Notes under the pieces: generated by a model
The model's database searches: none
Seen by the model: the letters and a program-made list of their open reading frames with translations, nothing else
What the model was told of the DNA's origin: nothing
Program-made: the position numbers and the translations under genes
In this document: positions 11,201-20,005 of the stretch, in pieces
Layout: every line of letters begins with the position of its first letter
Position numbering within the stretch: the first letter of the stretch is position 1
Origin: a bacterium
Lineage (GTDB): Bacteria; Hinthialibacterota; Hinthialibacteria; Hinthialibacterales; Hinthialibacteraceae
NCBI GenBank assembly: GCA_963662285.2
Contig: CAXXMV010000003.1
Coordinates: 192,001-256,000 of the forward strand
Length of the DNA: 64,000 bases
Direction: 5' to 3'

Positions 11201-14200
11201 AGCCGATTGTTAAACCCACGCCGACTAAGCAAATAGTTGAATCAACGCCAACCTTGCCCATTGAAGAAAAGGATTGCGTTCAGGCCAGTGATATATATAC
11301 CAGCGATATGGATAATCTTGATTCAGTCGAATTAGGTCTAGTGTCGATCAAATCCGCTATAAGCGCCAGCGGCAGTCCATTAGGCTTAAGCGTACGTGAT
11401 TGTTCAGAAGACGGTTTGATGGATGTTTGGGTGTCATCAAGCGAATTGAGTTACGGTTCGCTCGCGTCAATTATAATGTCGCCCAACATATGCAACGGCA
11501 ACGCGCCATCGATGGTTGAGGTATACTTACAGCATTTCTATCAGTGCAAACTTATTGCCTATGATGACGGTGGAACTGTAGTTGATACGGTTGACGCGGC
11601 GCCGGATTCTACTCCGCAAATCTTGACCCTGACCAGCGCCACTGGAATAAGGATGATAGAAATTATCGGAGCGGAAATATGCATAACAAAAATCTGTTGG
11701 GAATGCGAGCTGATTGTTAAACCCACGCCGACTAAGCAAATAGTTGAACCAACGCCTACCTTGCCCATTGAAGAAAAGGATTGCGTTCAGGCCAGTGATA
11801 TATATACCAGCGATATGGATAATCTTGATTCAGTCGAATTAGGTCTAGTGTCGATCAAATCCGCTATAAGCGCCAGCGGCAGTCCATTAGGCTTAAGCGT
11901 ACGTGATTGTTCAGAAGACGGTTTGATGGACGTTTGGGTGTCATCAAGCGAATTGAGTTACAGCAATCCAGCTGCGATAATCATGTCAGCCTCCATCTGT
12001 GCAGGCAACGCGCCATCGATGGTTGAGGTCACCCTGCGTCAATACTACCAATGCAAACTGATCGCCTATGATGATAACGGAACCGTAGTTGATTCAGTAG
12101 ATGCAGCAGTAGGCAGCGCAGAGCAGACTCTTACCCTGACCAGCGCCACAGGCATTCGCGTAATCGAACTCATCGGCGCCGAAATATGCATAACCAAAAT
12201 CTGTTGGGAATGCGAGCCGATTGTTAAACCCACGCCGACTAAGCAAATAGTTGAATCAACGCCAACCTTGCCCATTGAAGAAAAGGATTGCGTTCAGGCC
12301 AGTGATATATATACCAGCGATATGGATAATCTTGATTCAGTCGAATTAGGTCTAGTGTCGATCAAATCCGCTATAAGCGCCAGCGGCAGTCCATTAGGCT
12401 TAAGCATACGTGATTGTTCAGAAGACGGTTTGATGGATGTCTGGGTGTCATCAAGCGATCCAAGTTACGGTTCGCTCGCGTCAATTATAATGTCGCCCAA
12501 CATATGCAATGGCAAAGCGTCATCGATGGTTGAGGTATACCTACAGCATTTCTATCAGTGCAAACTTATTGCCTATGATGACGGTGGAACTGTAGTTGAT
12601 ACGGTTGACGCGGCGCCGGATTCTACTCCGCAAATCTTGACCCTGACCAGCGCCACTGGAATAAGGATGATAGAAATAATCGGCGCCGAAATATGCATAA
12701 CCAAAATCTGTTGGGAATGCGAGCTGATTGTTAAACCCACGCCGACTAAGCAAATAGTTGAACCAACGCCAACCTTGCCCATTGAAGAAAAGGATTGCGT
12801 AAAGGCCAGCGATTTTTACGCCAGCGCCGTTGAGAATTTAAACTCGGTCGATTTAGGCTCGGTTTCGATTAAACCAGCCATTGAAATAACCGGCGCCATT
12901 TTCGGTTTAAGCGTGCGCGATTGTTCAGAAGACGGTTTGATGGACGTATGGGTTTCATCCAGTGAAGCAAGTTACAGCAGCCCCGCTGCGATTGTCATGT
13001 CTTCTGATATCTGCGCAGGTAAAGCGCCATCGATAGTAGAGGTTACCCTGCGTCATTACTTTGAATGCAAACTGGTAGCCTATGATGACGCCGGAACTGT
13101 AGTTGATTCAGTATTTGCAGCTGCAGGCAGTGCAGAACAAACTCTTACTCTAACCAGCGCCACCGGCATTCGCGTTATAGAAATAATCGGCGCGGAAATA
13201 TGCATCACCGAAATATGCTGGGAATGCGAGCCGATTGATAAACCTACGCCGACTGCTACTCCTCCAGAAGGTGATGAAGGATTAACTCCGGATGACGGAA
13301 TAACCTTCAATCAAGTAGATTTTATGTTTGAAAAATCCCAGTGGCAAAATTCCAGCTGGGGTCGGATAAGTATTAATCCTTATATCCTTACCCGCAACAC
13401 CAAGATCAGCCGGGGTTACTTGAATGTTTATACTGATAAGGGCTGGCATGTAGTAAACCTACCTATCAATGCGGACAATCTAACTAGCGCTGATACCCAA
13501 AGAACAGATTTGGTAACTTATTTCAACCTTGGAATTGTTGATCCAGCGGAAATTAAAGATAAAAGCGATGATGAGATTAAGTCCATTCTGTTAGAAAAAT
13601 CCTATCAGCTTACATCGTTCGTCGCTCATGTTACTTTCACTCAGGAACCAATTGTCAAGAGGGTATTGGGTCAATTAGTATCTTTCCCCATAGAAGAAAA
13701 CATTATATGGGATGCTCAGGGCGTAAGCGATATAACCATATCCGCTTTCCACTTGCCGCCGTTTATTATAACAGATATTTCAGATATCATATTGGATTCT
13801 ATATTCTCTTACCATACTCAACCACAGTCGGCTAACGTTGAAACCGCAAATAACCAATGCTTCCCCATGGCTATAGCCAATAGCCTGCAATACCTGGAAA
13901 ACGAGTTCAGCCTTTCTGTTCCTCATGACCATGTGATGGGACTCAAAGGCGACAATTCGCTGGTTGGTCAATTGGATTCCTACGCTAACCGCTCCGTCTC
14001 ATCCCGTCGCAGCGGTTCCGGTACATGGTTCACGCCCATGATAGACGGTAAATTCAAATATCTATCGGACAACAATCTATCCGGCGACCTGATCCATAAA
14101 TACCAGGGACGCGGCTGGGGATCGCCGCCCAACCAGGCGCTTCCGGCAGGCGACTACACATCAAATGGCAGCACCATTAAAGATGAAGGCGCTGTAGTCA

Positions 14201-17200
14201 CCTTCGATTGGATTTGTCAGCAAATCCAGGAAGGCGAAGATGTCGAACTTGTCTTCAGTTACGATGACGCATCGGGAAACGCCACTGGCGGCCATGCAGT
14301 AAGAGTATTCGAATGCGGTAACGTTCTTGGAAAGCCATATATAAAATACCTGCACGATAGCAACCAAAGCAATGATAGCGCTGGGTTGGAAACGGTTCAG
14401 GTATTTCTCGAAGACCTGGACGGCGACGGCATATTGAACCTTGGTTCAGCAAGCCGGGAAATCCGCTTCGCTATGGCTGAATCGATGAAAGAGGATACGA
14501 TACTAATTAATCCTAATATGGGATTAATGCTGGAGCAAGTCATTTTTACTTTTGATGAAACCCAGCAAATTGTCTCCAATTGGGGTCGCCTGGTGATTGA
14601 TCCTTATGCATTGCAAAAGAACCTTGGCGTCGAAAGGGGCTTTATCAACGTTTACAACGATAATGGCTGGTTGGTCATGAATCTTCCGCTTGATACTTCC
14701 TCAGCCGACGCCGACAGCAAGTTAGTAACTTATTTTAATCTGGGTCTGCAAGATGGCGAACAAATCGAACTCGTGAAGAGTATGGCGATTCACGCTGAAT
14801 TCTCTGTTAAGCCAGTTGATAAAACACCTATGGATCAAGATGGAAAACTGATACTATCGACGTTTGAGTTGCGCAATCCGGCCATCTGGGACGCCCAGGG
14901 AATCAGCGACAATGAGAACCCATCAATCAGCCTCGCTCCACCTTATATAATAAATAAAGATATTATCTTTACCTCACTCTTTGAAAAACATACTCAGGAA
15001 CACACATCAAATGTGCAGACTGCGCATAATCAATGCTTCCCCATGGCTGTAGCCAATAGCCTGCAATACCTCGAAAACGAGTTCGGTTTGTCAGTACCGA
15101 ATGACCATGTGATGGGATTGAAAGGCGATAATTCATTAGTAGGCAAATTAGATTCCTACGCTAACCGCTCCGTATCATCCCGTCGCAGCGGTTCCGGTAC
15201 ATGGTTTACGCCCATGATAGACGGTAAATTCAAATATTTATCGGAAAACAATCTGTCTGGAGACTTAATCCACAAGTACCAGGGACGCGGCTGGGGATCG
15301 CCGCCTAACCAGGCGCTTCCAGCAGGCGACTACACCGCCCATGGCATCACCATCAAAGATGAAGGCGCCGTAGTCACCATAGATTGGATTTGTCAGCAAA
15401 TTAAAGACGGAGAAGATGTCGAACTGGTATTCAGTTACGATGATGCATCTGGTAACGCCACTGGCGGCCACGCGGTGCGCGTGTATGAATGCGGTAAAAT
15501 TCTTGGCAAACCATATATCAAATACCTGCATGACAGCAACCAAAGCGACGATAGCGCTGGTTTGGAAACAGTATTGGTATATCCCGAAGATCTGGATGGA
15601 GATGGTATATTGAATCTTGGTTCAGCGAGCCGGGAGATCCGCTTCGCTATGGCTGAATCGTTTGTAAGCGAAATTGATAATACACCTACTCCCATAGCGC
15701 CTACGCCTACTAAGATAATTACCAAACCTACTCCTACTCCAGTAATTACCAAACCTACGCCTACTCCGGTAATTACTAAACCCACTCCTACTTCAATGAT
15801 TACCAAACCTACGCCTACTCCGGTAATTACTAAACCCACTCCTACTTCAATGATTACCAAACCTACGCCTACTCCGGTAATCACCAAACCTACGCCTACG
15901 CCTACTTTCTGGTATAGCGGAAATCCGGTTTATGACGATCTGGTAATATCCCAGGGATTTGGTGGAGAGACTCTGATCAATATACGTTACTACAATGAGA
16001 TCACCGATTCATTAACATCTATCCGTCACTCATTCATCGGAGCGCCAGGTGGATTTATATCTCGAGTTGGCGGTGGAACAGGACGAATGACCTATCTATC
16101 AGTGGGTGATTTGAATGGTGATGGAACAGAAGATATCATTACTTCTTTCGGACCGATAGTAGAAGAATCAGTTTTCCCCAACATCGTTGTCGTTCGTGAT
16201 TCCAAAACCAAGCAAGTAATCGGTAATTCTTTTGTAGCATTTCCGGTTGGCGACAAGACATCAGTACAGTTAAATTCAGGTGATGTACGAACCGCGGTAG
16301 GCGACTTTATCGGTTCAGGGCTGCCTCAGTTGGCGGTAACTCAAGGACAAGGCGGTAATGGCATCATCCGGCTTTATCAATACACCAACAAACTGCCGCC
16401 TAACAGCTGGGAGGTCGTCGGTCAGTTCAACGGTTTGCCTTTAGGATTGGTGGAACAAAAGGTATTGGATGATACCACCTATATCGGATTGACCTTGGCT
16501 GCGGGAGATTTGGATCAGGACGGTTTTGATGAATTAGTGGTCGGCCAATCCAATGGTCCCGCCTCGCAAACTATCTTCCATGTTCTGGATATTAACAGCG
16601 ACGGCGGCATCGCCAAACGGAATATCTATGCCGGATTCAAACCTCAATTCCGTGCTCATGGCGGCATCGAGTTAGCGGTTGGAGACCTTAACGGTGACAA
16701 ATATCCGGAAATCATTGTCGGCAATATGGGTAATCTGCGCAACTTTGGCGACCAACGTGACACCGTACCTTTGAATTTAGTAGGTATAATTTCACCCGTC
16801 ATTACGGATAAACAGATTACCGGATTCAGAAGACCTGCTGGAAAAAGCGTATTCAATGCCTTTTCTAATGAAGACAATCCTTCAGGCGCGATCAGCATGA
16901 CAGTCGGTGAATTCGATGGCAATCCGATCAATGGCAAAGAATTAGTCATTGGAACAGGCGCTTATATGGATATTGAGGGTATGAATACCAATTATCTTCA
17001 TCCCGCCGATGTTCCAAGATATAAGATTATGAAAGTTGAGTATGAAGAAGAAACCATTAGGAATATTAAAATATTAGGACCGACCAAGGGTTATGTGGCT
17101 TTCCTTGGCAAAGCGGTTCCTAGTAGTAAATCCATTTATCTGGCCGCCATTCCAAAATTTGTGATTCCCGATCTAATCAATACGCCAACCCCGACACCTA

Positions 17201-19803
17201 CGGCAACTCCGGTAAAACCATCGGTTGGTTTTACCGTACCGGGAAAACCATTATTCGTCGGTTCGTATGCCAAAATTCCGGTTGAAATCACTCCAGCCCT
17301 ATTCACTATCGATGAATTTGATTTCTTCGTACAGGAAGGCCCTAAAGGCGGCGCCGTTTCCATCTCCAAAGATGAAGACTTTGATCCATTGAATCCTGAT
17401 ATTATGCTGTTAGCCGGATATCAACCGGGAACCTATAAACTGCAAGCAAAACATACATCAACCGGAATAATCGTCGGTGAGAAGCAGTTTGAAGTGACTG
17501 ATCTTTGGAAGGGAGAGACGGAAGGTCCTGCAGTATGGTTCACGGGACTCAATCAAAATGGTTACGCCGGTTCAGCCTGGGGAGGCGGTCCCGCCGGTCC
17601 TCAAAACATTAACATTAAACCGGCTACCGGAACCAGGCGGGTCGCCATTCTGCTGGTAGACACAAGCTCCGAACGGTATTCAAACGATAATGCCATAATC
17701 CAGGGTCATAAAGACCGCTGGTTGAACGAAGCAATTAACGGCGTCAATGATGGCGGCAAGACATACAGCGTTTCTCACTTCTATCGTGAAGTCTCCTATA
17801 ATAATTTCACCCTTACCGGACAGGTTTTTGGTCCGGTAAGTCTGACCGGAGAATTTAAGGATTACATCAATCCTGATGGATCGCCCAAAGGCAGTTATTA
17901 TCAATCCTGCTTCACGGCTGGCGATAGCCTTATCAATTACAATAATTTCGACACGCTGGTCTGCGTATCCAAATCAGTCATCGCCTCCGGTTCCAGCGCA
18001 TGGCCCTATGCTTCAATCGGTGAATGGGGGCCGTTCACGACAGCTGAAGGTAAAGTGAACTATGGTTGCATCTCCATGCCCAATGAATGGGGAACAACCT
18101 CAGCGCGTGAAATCTACGAAACCCTGTCGCACGAGATGGGGCATAACCTCGGTTTAGGCGATATGTATACTCCCAAAGTCGCCATGCCCAACTCACCTCC
18201 AACTTACCGTAATCTGGAAGACTGGGACATGATGGATGATGATAACATCTTCCCCCATTTCTCGGTTATGCACCGTATGATGCTGGGCTGGGTTCCGGCC
18301 AGTTGGCTGCAAACATTCAATTTCGCTAACGGCGGAGTTCCCATAAACCAGACTATCAGTTTGCATCCCATAGAACTGGGCGCTCCACCGGCTGGTAAAA
18401 AGACCGCAGTCGAAATCCGCATTGCTGACGGATGGAATTACTACTTCGAGTATCGATCAAAACAAGCTGCTCAAATCGCCGATCAAGGCGTTCCTGGTAA
18501 TGGTCGCATCCTGGGTTCTGATGGAGTCTCGGCGCCCTGGGTTCCTCCCATCGCCCGGCCTTACATACTATTGCTCAATAATGACGCCGACGGCGATGGC
18601 AGCGTCTTGGATAATGGAGATGATTACAAGGAGACCGATTTCTCTGATCCAGCGTATCCCACAGATTTCATGGTTGAAGCCAGCGGGATAGATGGCTCGA
18701 AGGGTGATATCACTATCAAATACGGCGTCAATGGCAAGCCTGATCCTTCAATCCGGCCTTGGCCGGCTAGTGCGGATCGTCGTTATCAAAGCCCGGACAT
18801 CGAAGTTCAGAACACCCGCAATCTGGCGGATGCTGCATGGTTCAACGTGCCCTGGATCAACCACTCCAATACCATTATCGCAAAAGTCAAAAACCGGGGA
18901 ACGCTCAACGCCCCTGGCGTGACAGTTAACTTCTATATCAAGAACTTTAATGTTGGAGGCGCTCCGGAAACCTATCTTGGAACCAGTACGAAGGATATTG
19001 CTGCTGGCGCTACGGTTGATTTCACTTATCCATCCTGGGTTCCACCCAGCGGCGGGCATTACTGCATCATTGTACGGATTCCGCTATATCAGAATCCCAA
19101 CGATCCCACTGTTGTTGAAATGACCGAACTCAACAACATGGCGCAATCAAATTACGACCGCTTCATCTCAGCCACCGCATCTCCCGCGAAACGCGTCATA
19201 TCATTTGTTGAAGTAGGCAATCCCTATGATGAAACCAGCCGCGTCTTTGTCACCGCAGGTCAAAGCAACCCGTTCTATCGGACATACCTGGAACATGCAT
19301 GGCTGGTCTTAAAACCCAATGAGACCAAGAAAGTCAGGGTAATGTTCGAATACGCTACGGATGCTTTGGACAGCGCAGGAATCGATTTCCAGGATGATTG
19401 GACCAAGCATCAACGGTTGCCCAATAACGTAGATTTCGCATCCTTCGTCGATTATCCCAGGGATTTTCCAAGACACGCCAAGCATGAATCAGGCGGCGTC
19501 CAGGTGCAGGTCGTAACCGGTCGCGCCACCAAAATTATCGGTATGGAAATTGGTAAAGAACGCGCCTATGGTTCAGTCGTAACGGTTGATAATGGAACCG
19601 GCGTCTTTGGCGGCAAGGTCATTTTGATTCTGACGGTCAAAGTGAATAACGAAGACAAGGAAGTGTACGAGGAAGCGCAAGTCGATGCCCAAGGTCATTT
19701 CAGCGCATCCATAACAACATTGAATTGGGAACGCCTACAGGTCTACTACGTCCCATCATCGGGATATGCAGATTCATACAGCGATGTAATATCAAGTCCA
19801 TAA
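8230..19803 (+). CDS. Giant secreted multidomain protease: 3 putative papain-like Cys protease modules, novel repeat domain, 5 Cys-rich modules, FG-GAP repeats, M6 (immune inhibitor A) metalloprotease, CARDB-like C-terminus
   Basis: Uninterrupted ORF (track start 8218 GTG; ATG 8230 preferred, GAGGG 5 nt upstream). Signal peptide. QCFPMxxANSLQYL...GGHAVRV...YLHD three times. GDLNGDG-type FG-GAP motifs at ~16100-16950. HEMGHNLGLGDMY at 18130-18168 with WDMM Met-turn. PT-rich linkers between modules. Confidence 0.85.
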   Translation: MNQLRQQLKFNMQSVFACCLVLFAFLGFTQQSYGQLKPDMGVEFSQVDFNYEKAPWLNSSWGRMSIDVMMLYEMTQIDQGYINVFTKSGWHVVNLPISINDLEKQSNIVTYLNLGLGDQEIIAKLEGEELENYLLEVSTQLKEFEALVTYTKESFQEIQRGEYIPFPLKESVIWDAQGASDIELSTIILPPLIYLELKFNPDLLNTSHSLDSSANVEAAKNQCFPMSIANSLQYLKDNFDLPVPHEHKPGLKGDNSLVGQLDQFADRTASSRRSGSGTWFTPMLTGKFNYLQENGLADKLIHRYQGRGWGTPPNQALPAGDFSAAGSTALDQGSTVTFEWICEQIRQGEDVELVFSYDNSRGEATGGHAVRVYECGVDDGRPYIRYLHDRNQNNDNAGLETVKVFLEDLDNDGMLNLGSRSIEIRFALSESMRDKDSTPTPTNTSYIPPTPENTPTIDKPTPTKTATPTPRLTPTPTQTNGDDPPDAPKDCPIYFSIEEPYVLPNGASHGDILVHNPGGEAYVLTGGANQDLLKEFIPLPSEVLRIDAGLDGFDIIQLDQSVSSDEPYARHKIIFTVEKPIKVSNPNHSAYGVILNDGDLLLNNGGVILAQALFAPLQLLNRTGGVIEYLGIDAIELEGLLNIFDKLENRVIGNLKELVEISNGEAINIYFSFEEINEEYTSSSGSLLPERTIVGADDLIGIHVSSSHISAWVERSGADGTPTTAQSLFVEFSSLNNMGLDAAGTCLPEDKAYSHLETVYFSTELNDDIYPIEFKEGDLLVDRSEKPYNEVIATNFYLTGFDSKDWGLDAVDLHPERFEEKPQDTPTTQPKPMPTLTPTISTDQKNCVKASDYYTSIIENLDSVELGLVAIKSAISASGSPLGLSIRDCSEDGLMDVWVSSSELSYSNPAAIIMSASICAGNAPSMVEVTLRQYYQCKLIAYDDNGTVVDSVDAAVGSAEQTLTLTSATGIRVIELIGAEICITKICWECEPIVKPTPTKQIVESTPTLPIEEKDCVQASDIYTSDMDNLDSVELGLVSIKSAISASGSPLGLSVRDCSEDGLMDVWVSSSELSYGSLASIIMSPNICNGNAPSMVEVYLQHFYQCKLIAYDDGGTVVDTVDAAPDSTPQILTLTSATGIRMIEIIGAEICITKICWECELIVKPTPTKQIVEPTPTLPIEEKDCVQASDIYTSDMDNLDSVELGLVSIKSAISASGSPLGLSVRDCSEDGLMDVWVSSSELSYSNPAAIIMSASICAGNAPSMVEVTLRQYYQCKLIAYDDNGTVVDSVDAAVGSAEQTLTLTSATGIRVIELIGAEICITKICWECEPIVKPTPTKQIVESTPTLPIEEKDCVQASDIYTSDMDNLDSVELGLVSIKSAISASGSPLGLSIRDCSEDGLMDVWVSSSDPSYGSLASIIMSPNICNGKASSMVEVYLQHFYQCKLIAYDDGGTVVDTVDAAPDSTPQILTLTSATGIRMIEIIGAEICITKICWECELIVKPTPTKQIVEPTPTLPIEEKDCVKASDFYASAVENLNSVDLGSVSIKPAIEITGAIFGLSVRDCSEDGLMDVWVSSSEASYSSPAAIVMSSDICAGKAPSIVEVTLRHYFECKLVAYDDAGTVVDSVFAAAGSAEQTLTLTSATGIRVIEIIGAEICITEICWECEPIDKPTPTATPPEGDEGLTPDDGITFNQVDFMFEKSQWQNSSWGRISINPYILTRNTKISRGYLNVYTDKGWHVVNLPINADNLTSADTQRTDLVTYFNLGIVDPAEIKDKSDDEIKSILLEKSYQLTSFVAHVTFTQEPIVKRVLGQLVSFPIEENIIWDAQGVSDITISAFHLPPFIITDISDIILDSIFSYHTQPQSANVETANNQCFPMAIANSLQYLENEFSLSVPHDHVMGLKGDNSLVGQLDSYANRSVSSRRSGSGTWFTPMIDGKFKYLSDNNLSGDLIHKYQGRGWGSPPNQALPAGDYTSNGSTIKDEGAVVTFDWICQQIQEGEDVELVFSYDDASGNATGGHAVRVFECGNVLGKPYIKYLHDSNQSNDSAGLETVQVFLEDLDGDGILNLGSASREIRFAMAESMKEDTILINPNMGLMLEQVIFTFDETQQIVSNWGRLVIDPYALQKNLGVERGFINVYNDNGWLVMNLPLDTSSADADSKLVTYFNLGLQDGEQIELVKSMAIHAEFSVKPVDKTPMDQDGKLILSTFELRNPAIWDAQGISDNENPSISLAPPYIINKDIIFTSLFEKHTQEHTSNVQTAHNQCFPMAVANSLQYLENEFGLSVPNDHVMGLKGDNSLVGKLDSYANRSVSSRRSGSGTWFTPMIDGKFKYLSENNLSGDLIHKYQGRGWGSPPNQALPAGDYTAHGITIKDEGAVVTIDWICQQIKDGEDVELVFSYDDASGNATGGHAVRVYECGKILGKPYIKYLHDSNQSDDSAGLETVLVYPEDLDGDGILNLGSASREIRFAMAESFVSEIDNTPTPIAPTPTKIITKPTPTPVITKPTPTPVITKPTPTSMITKPTPTPVITKPTPTSMITKPTPTPVITKPTPTPTFWYSGNPVYDDLVISQGFGGETLINIRYYNEITDSLTSIRHSFIGAPGGFISRVGGGTGRMTYLSVGDLNGDGTEDIITSFGPIVEESVFPNIVVVRDSKTKQVIGNSFVAFPVGDKTSVQLNSGDVRTAVGDFIGSGLPQLAVTQGQGGNGIIRLYQYTNKLPPNSWEVVGQFNGLPLGLVEQKVLDDTTYIGLTLAAGDLDQDGFDELVVGQSNGPASQTIFHVLDINSDGGIAKRNIYAGFKPQFRAHGGIELAVGDLNGDKYPEIIVGNMGNLRNFGDQRDTVPLNLVGIISPVITDKQITGFRRPAGKSVFNAFSNEDNPSGAISMTVGEFDGNPINGKELVIGTGAYMDIEGMNTNYLHPADVPRYKIMKVEYEEETIRNIKILGPTKGYVAFLGKAVPSSKSIYLAAIPKFVIPDLINTPTPTPTATPVKPSVGFTVPGKPLFVGSYAKIPVEITPALFTIDEFDFFVQEGPKGGAVSISKDEDFDPLNPDIMLLAGYQPGTYKLQAKHTSTGIIVGEKQFEVTDLWKGETEGPAVWFTGLNQNGYAGSAWGGGPAGPQNINIKPATGTRRVAILLVDTSSERYSNDNAIIQGHKDRWLNEAINGVNDGGKTYSVSHFYREVSYNNFTLTGQVFGPVSLTGEFKDYINPDGSPKGSYYQSCFTAGDSLINYNNFDTLVCVSKSVIASGSSAWPYASIGEWGPFTTAEGKVNYGCISMPNEWGTTSAREIYETLSHEMGHNLGLGDMYTPKVAMPNSPPTYRNLEDWDMMDDDNIFPHFSVMHRMMLGWVPASWLQTFNFANGGVPINQTISLHPIELGAPPAGKKTAVEIRIADGWNYYFEYRSKQAAQIADQGVPGNGRILGSDGVSAPWVPPIARPYILLLNNDADGDGSVLDNGDDYKETDFSDPAYPTDFMVEASGIDGSKGDITIKYGVNGKPDPSIRPWPASADRRYQSPDIEVQNTRNLADAAWFNVPWINHSNTIIAKVKNRGTLNAPGVTVNFYIKNFNVGGAPETYLGTSTKDIAAGATVDFTYPSWVPPSGGHYCIIVRIPLYQNPNDPTVVEMTELNNMAQSNYDRFISATASPAKRVISFVEVGNPYDETSRVFVTAGQSNPFYRTYLEHAWLVLKPNETKKVRVMFEYATDALDSAGIDFQDDWTKHQRLPNNVDFASFVDYPRDFPRHAKHESGGVQVQVVTGRATKIIGMEIGKERAYGSVVTVDNGTGVFGGKVILILTVKVNNEDKEVYEEAQVDAQGHFSASITTLNWERLQVYYVPSSGYADSYSDVISSP
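10768..13233 (+). repeat. Five intragenic tandem repeats of 507 bp (169 aa)
   Basis: First Cys codon of each unit at 10768, 11275, 11782, 12289 and 12796 (exact 507-bp period). Each unit's module ends in EICITKICWECE (EICITEICWECE in unit 5). Confidence 0.95.
15721..15906 (+). repeat. 27-bp tandem repeat encoding a (TKPTPTPVI/TKPTPTSMI)n linker
   Basis: Six full units plus a partial one, e.g. ACCAAACCTACGCCTACTCCGGTAATT. Variant order PVI,PVI,SMI,PVI,SMI,PVI. Confidence 0.95.
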
Positions 19804-19832
19804 CATCCAGCCCATAATTCAGACATTAATAA

Positions 19833-19870
19833 AAGAGGGGAATGAGTCAATCATTCCCCTCTTGATTTGT
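19833..19870 (+). terminator. Rho-independent terminator after the giant protease gene, probably bidirectional
   Basis: 13-bp perfect stem AAGAGGGGAATGA-gtcaa-TCATTCCCCTCTT followed by a T-rich tract, 30 nt after the stop, between convergent genes. Confidence 0.8.
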
Positions 19871-20005
19871 TTCACATTTTGTAGGATAGGCTAAAATATT
19901 AGTAAGGTGGGTTAGCTTTACCGGCACACCGAAAATACACCGTATCAAAAAATCCCCTCACCTTCGCGTAGCCCTCCACCAAAGCAACTTCTCGCAGCCG
20001 CCGCG

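Noticed and set aside
11052-15887. Recurring antisense ORFs (MGKVGV..., MVITGVGVG...)
   Set aside because: They are shadows of the 507-bp and 27-bp repeats of the giant gene.
1-20000. Possible GC-skew switch or replication terminus
   Set aside because: Hand-sampled lines were inconsistent and explainable by gene-specific codon use, and I found no convincing dif site. A cumulative skew calculation is needed.
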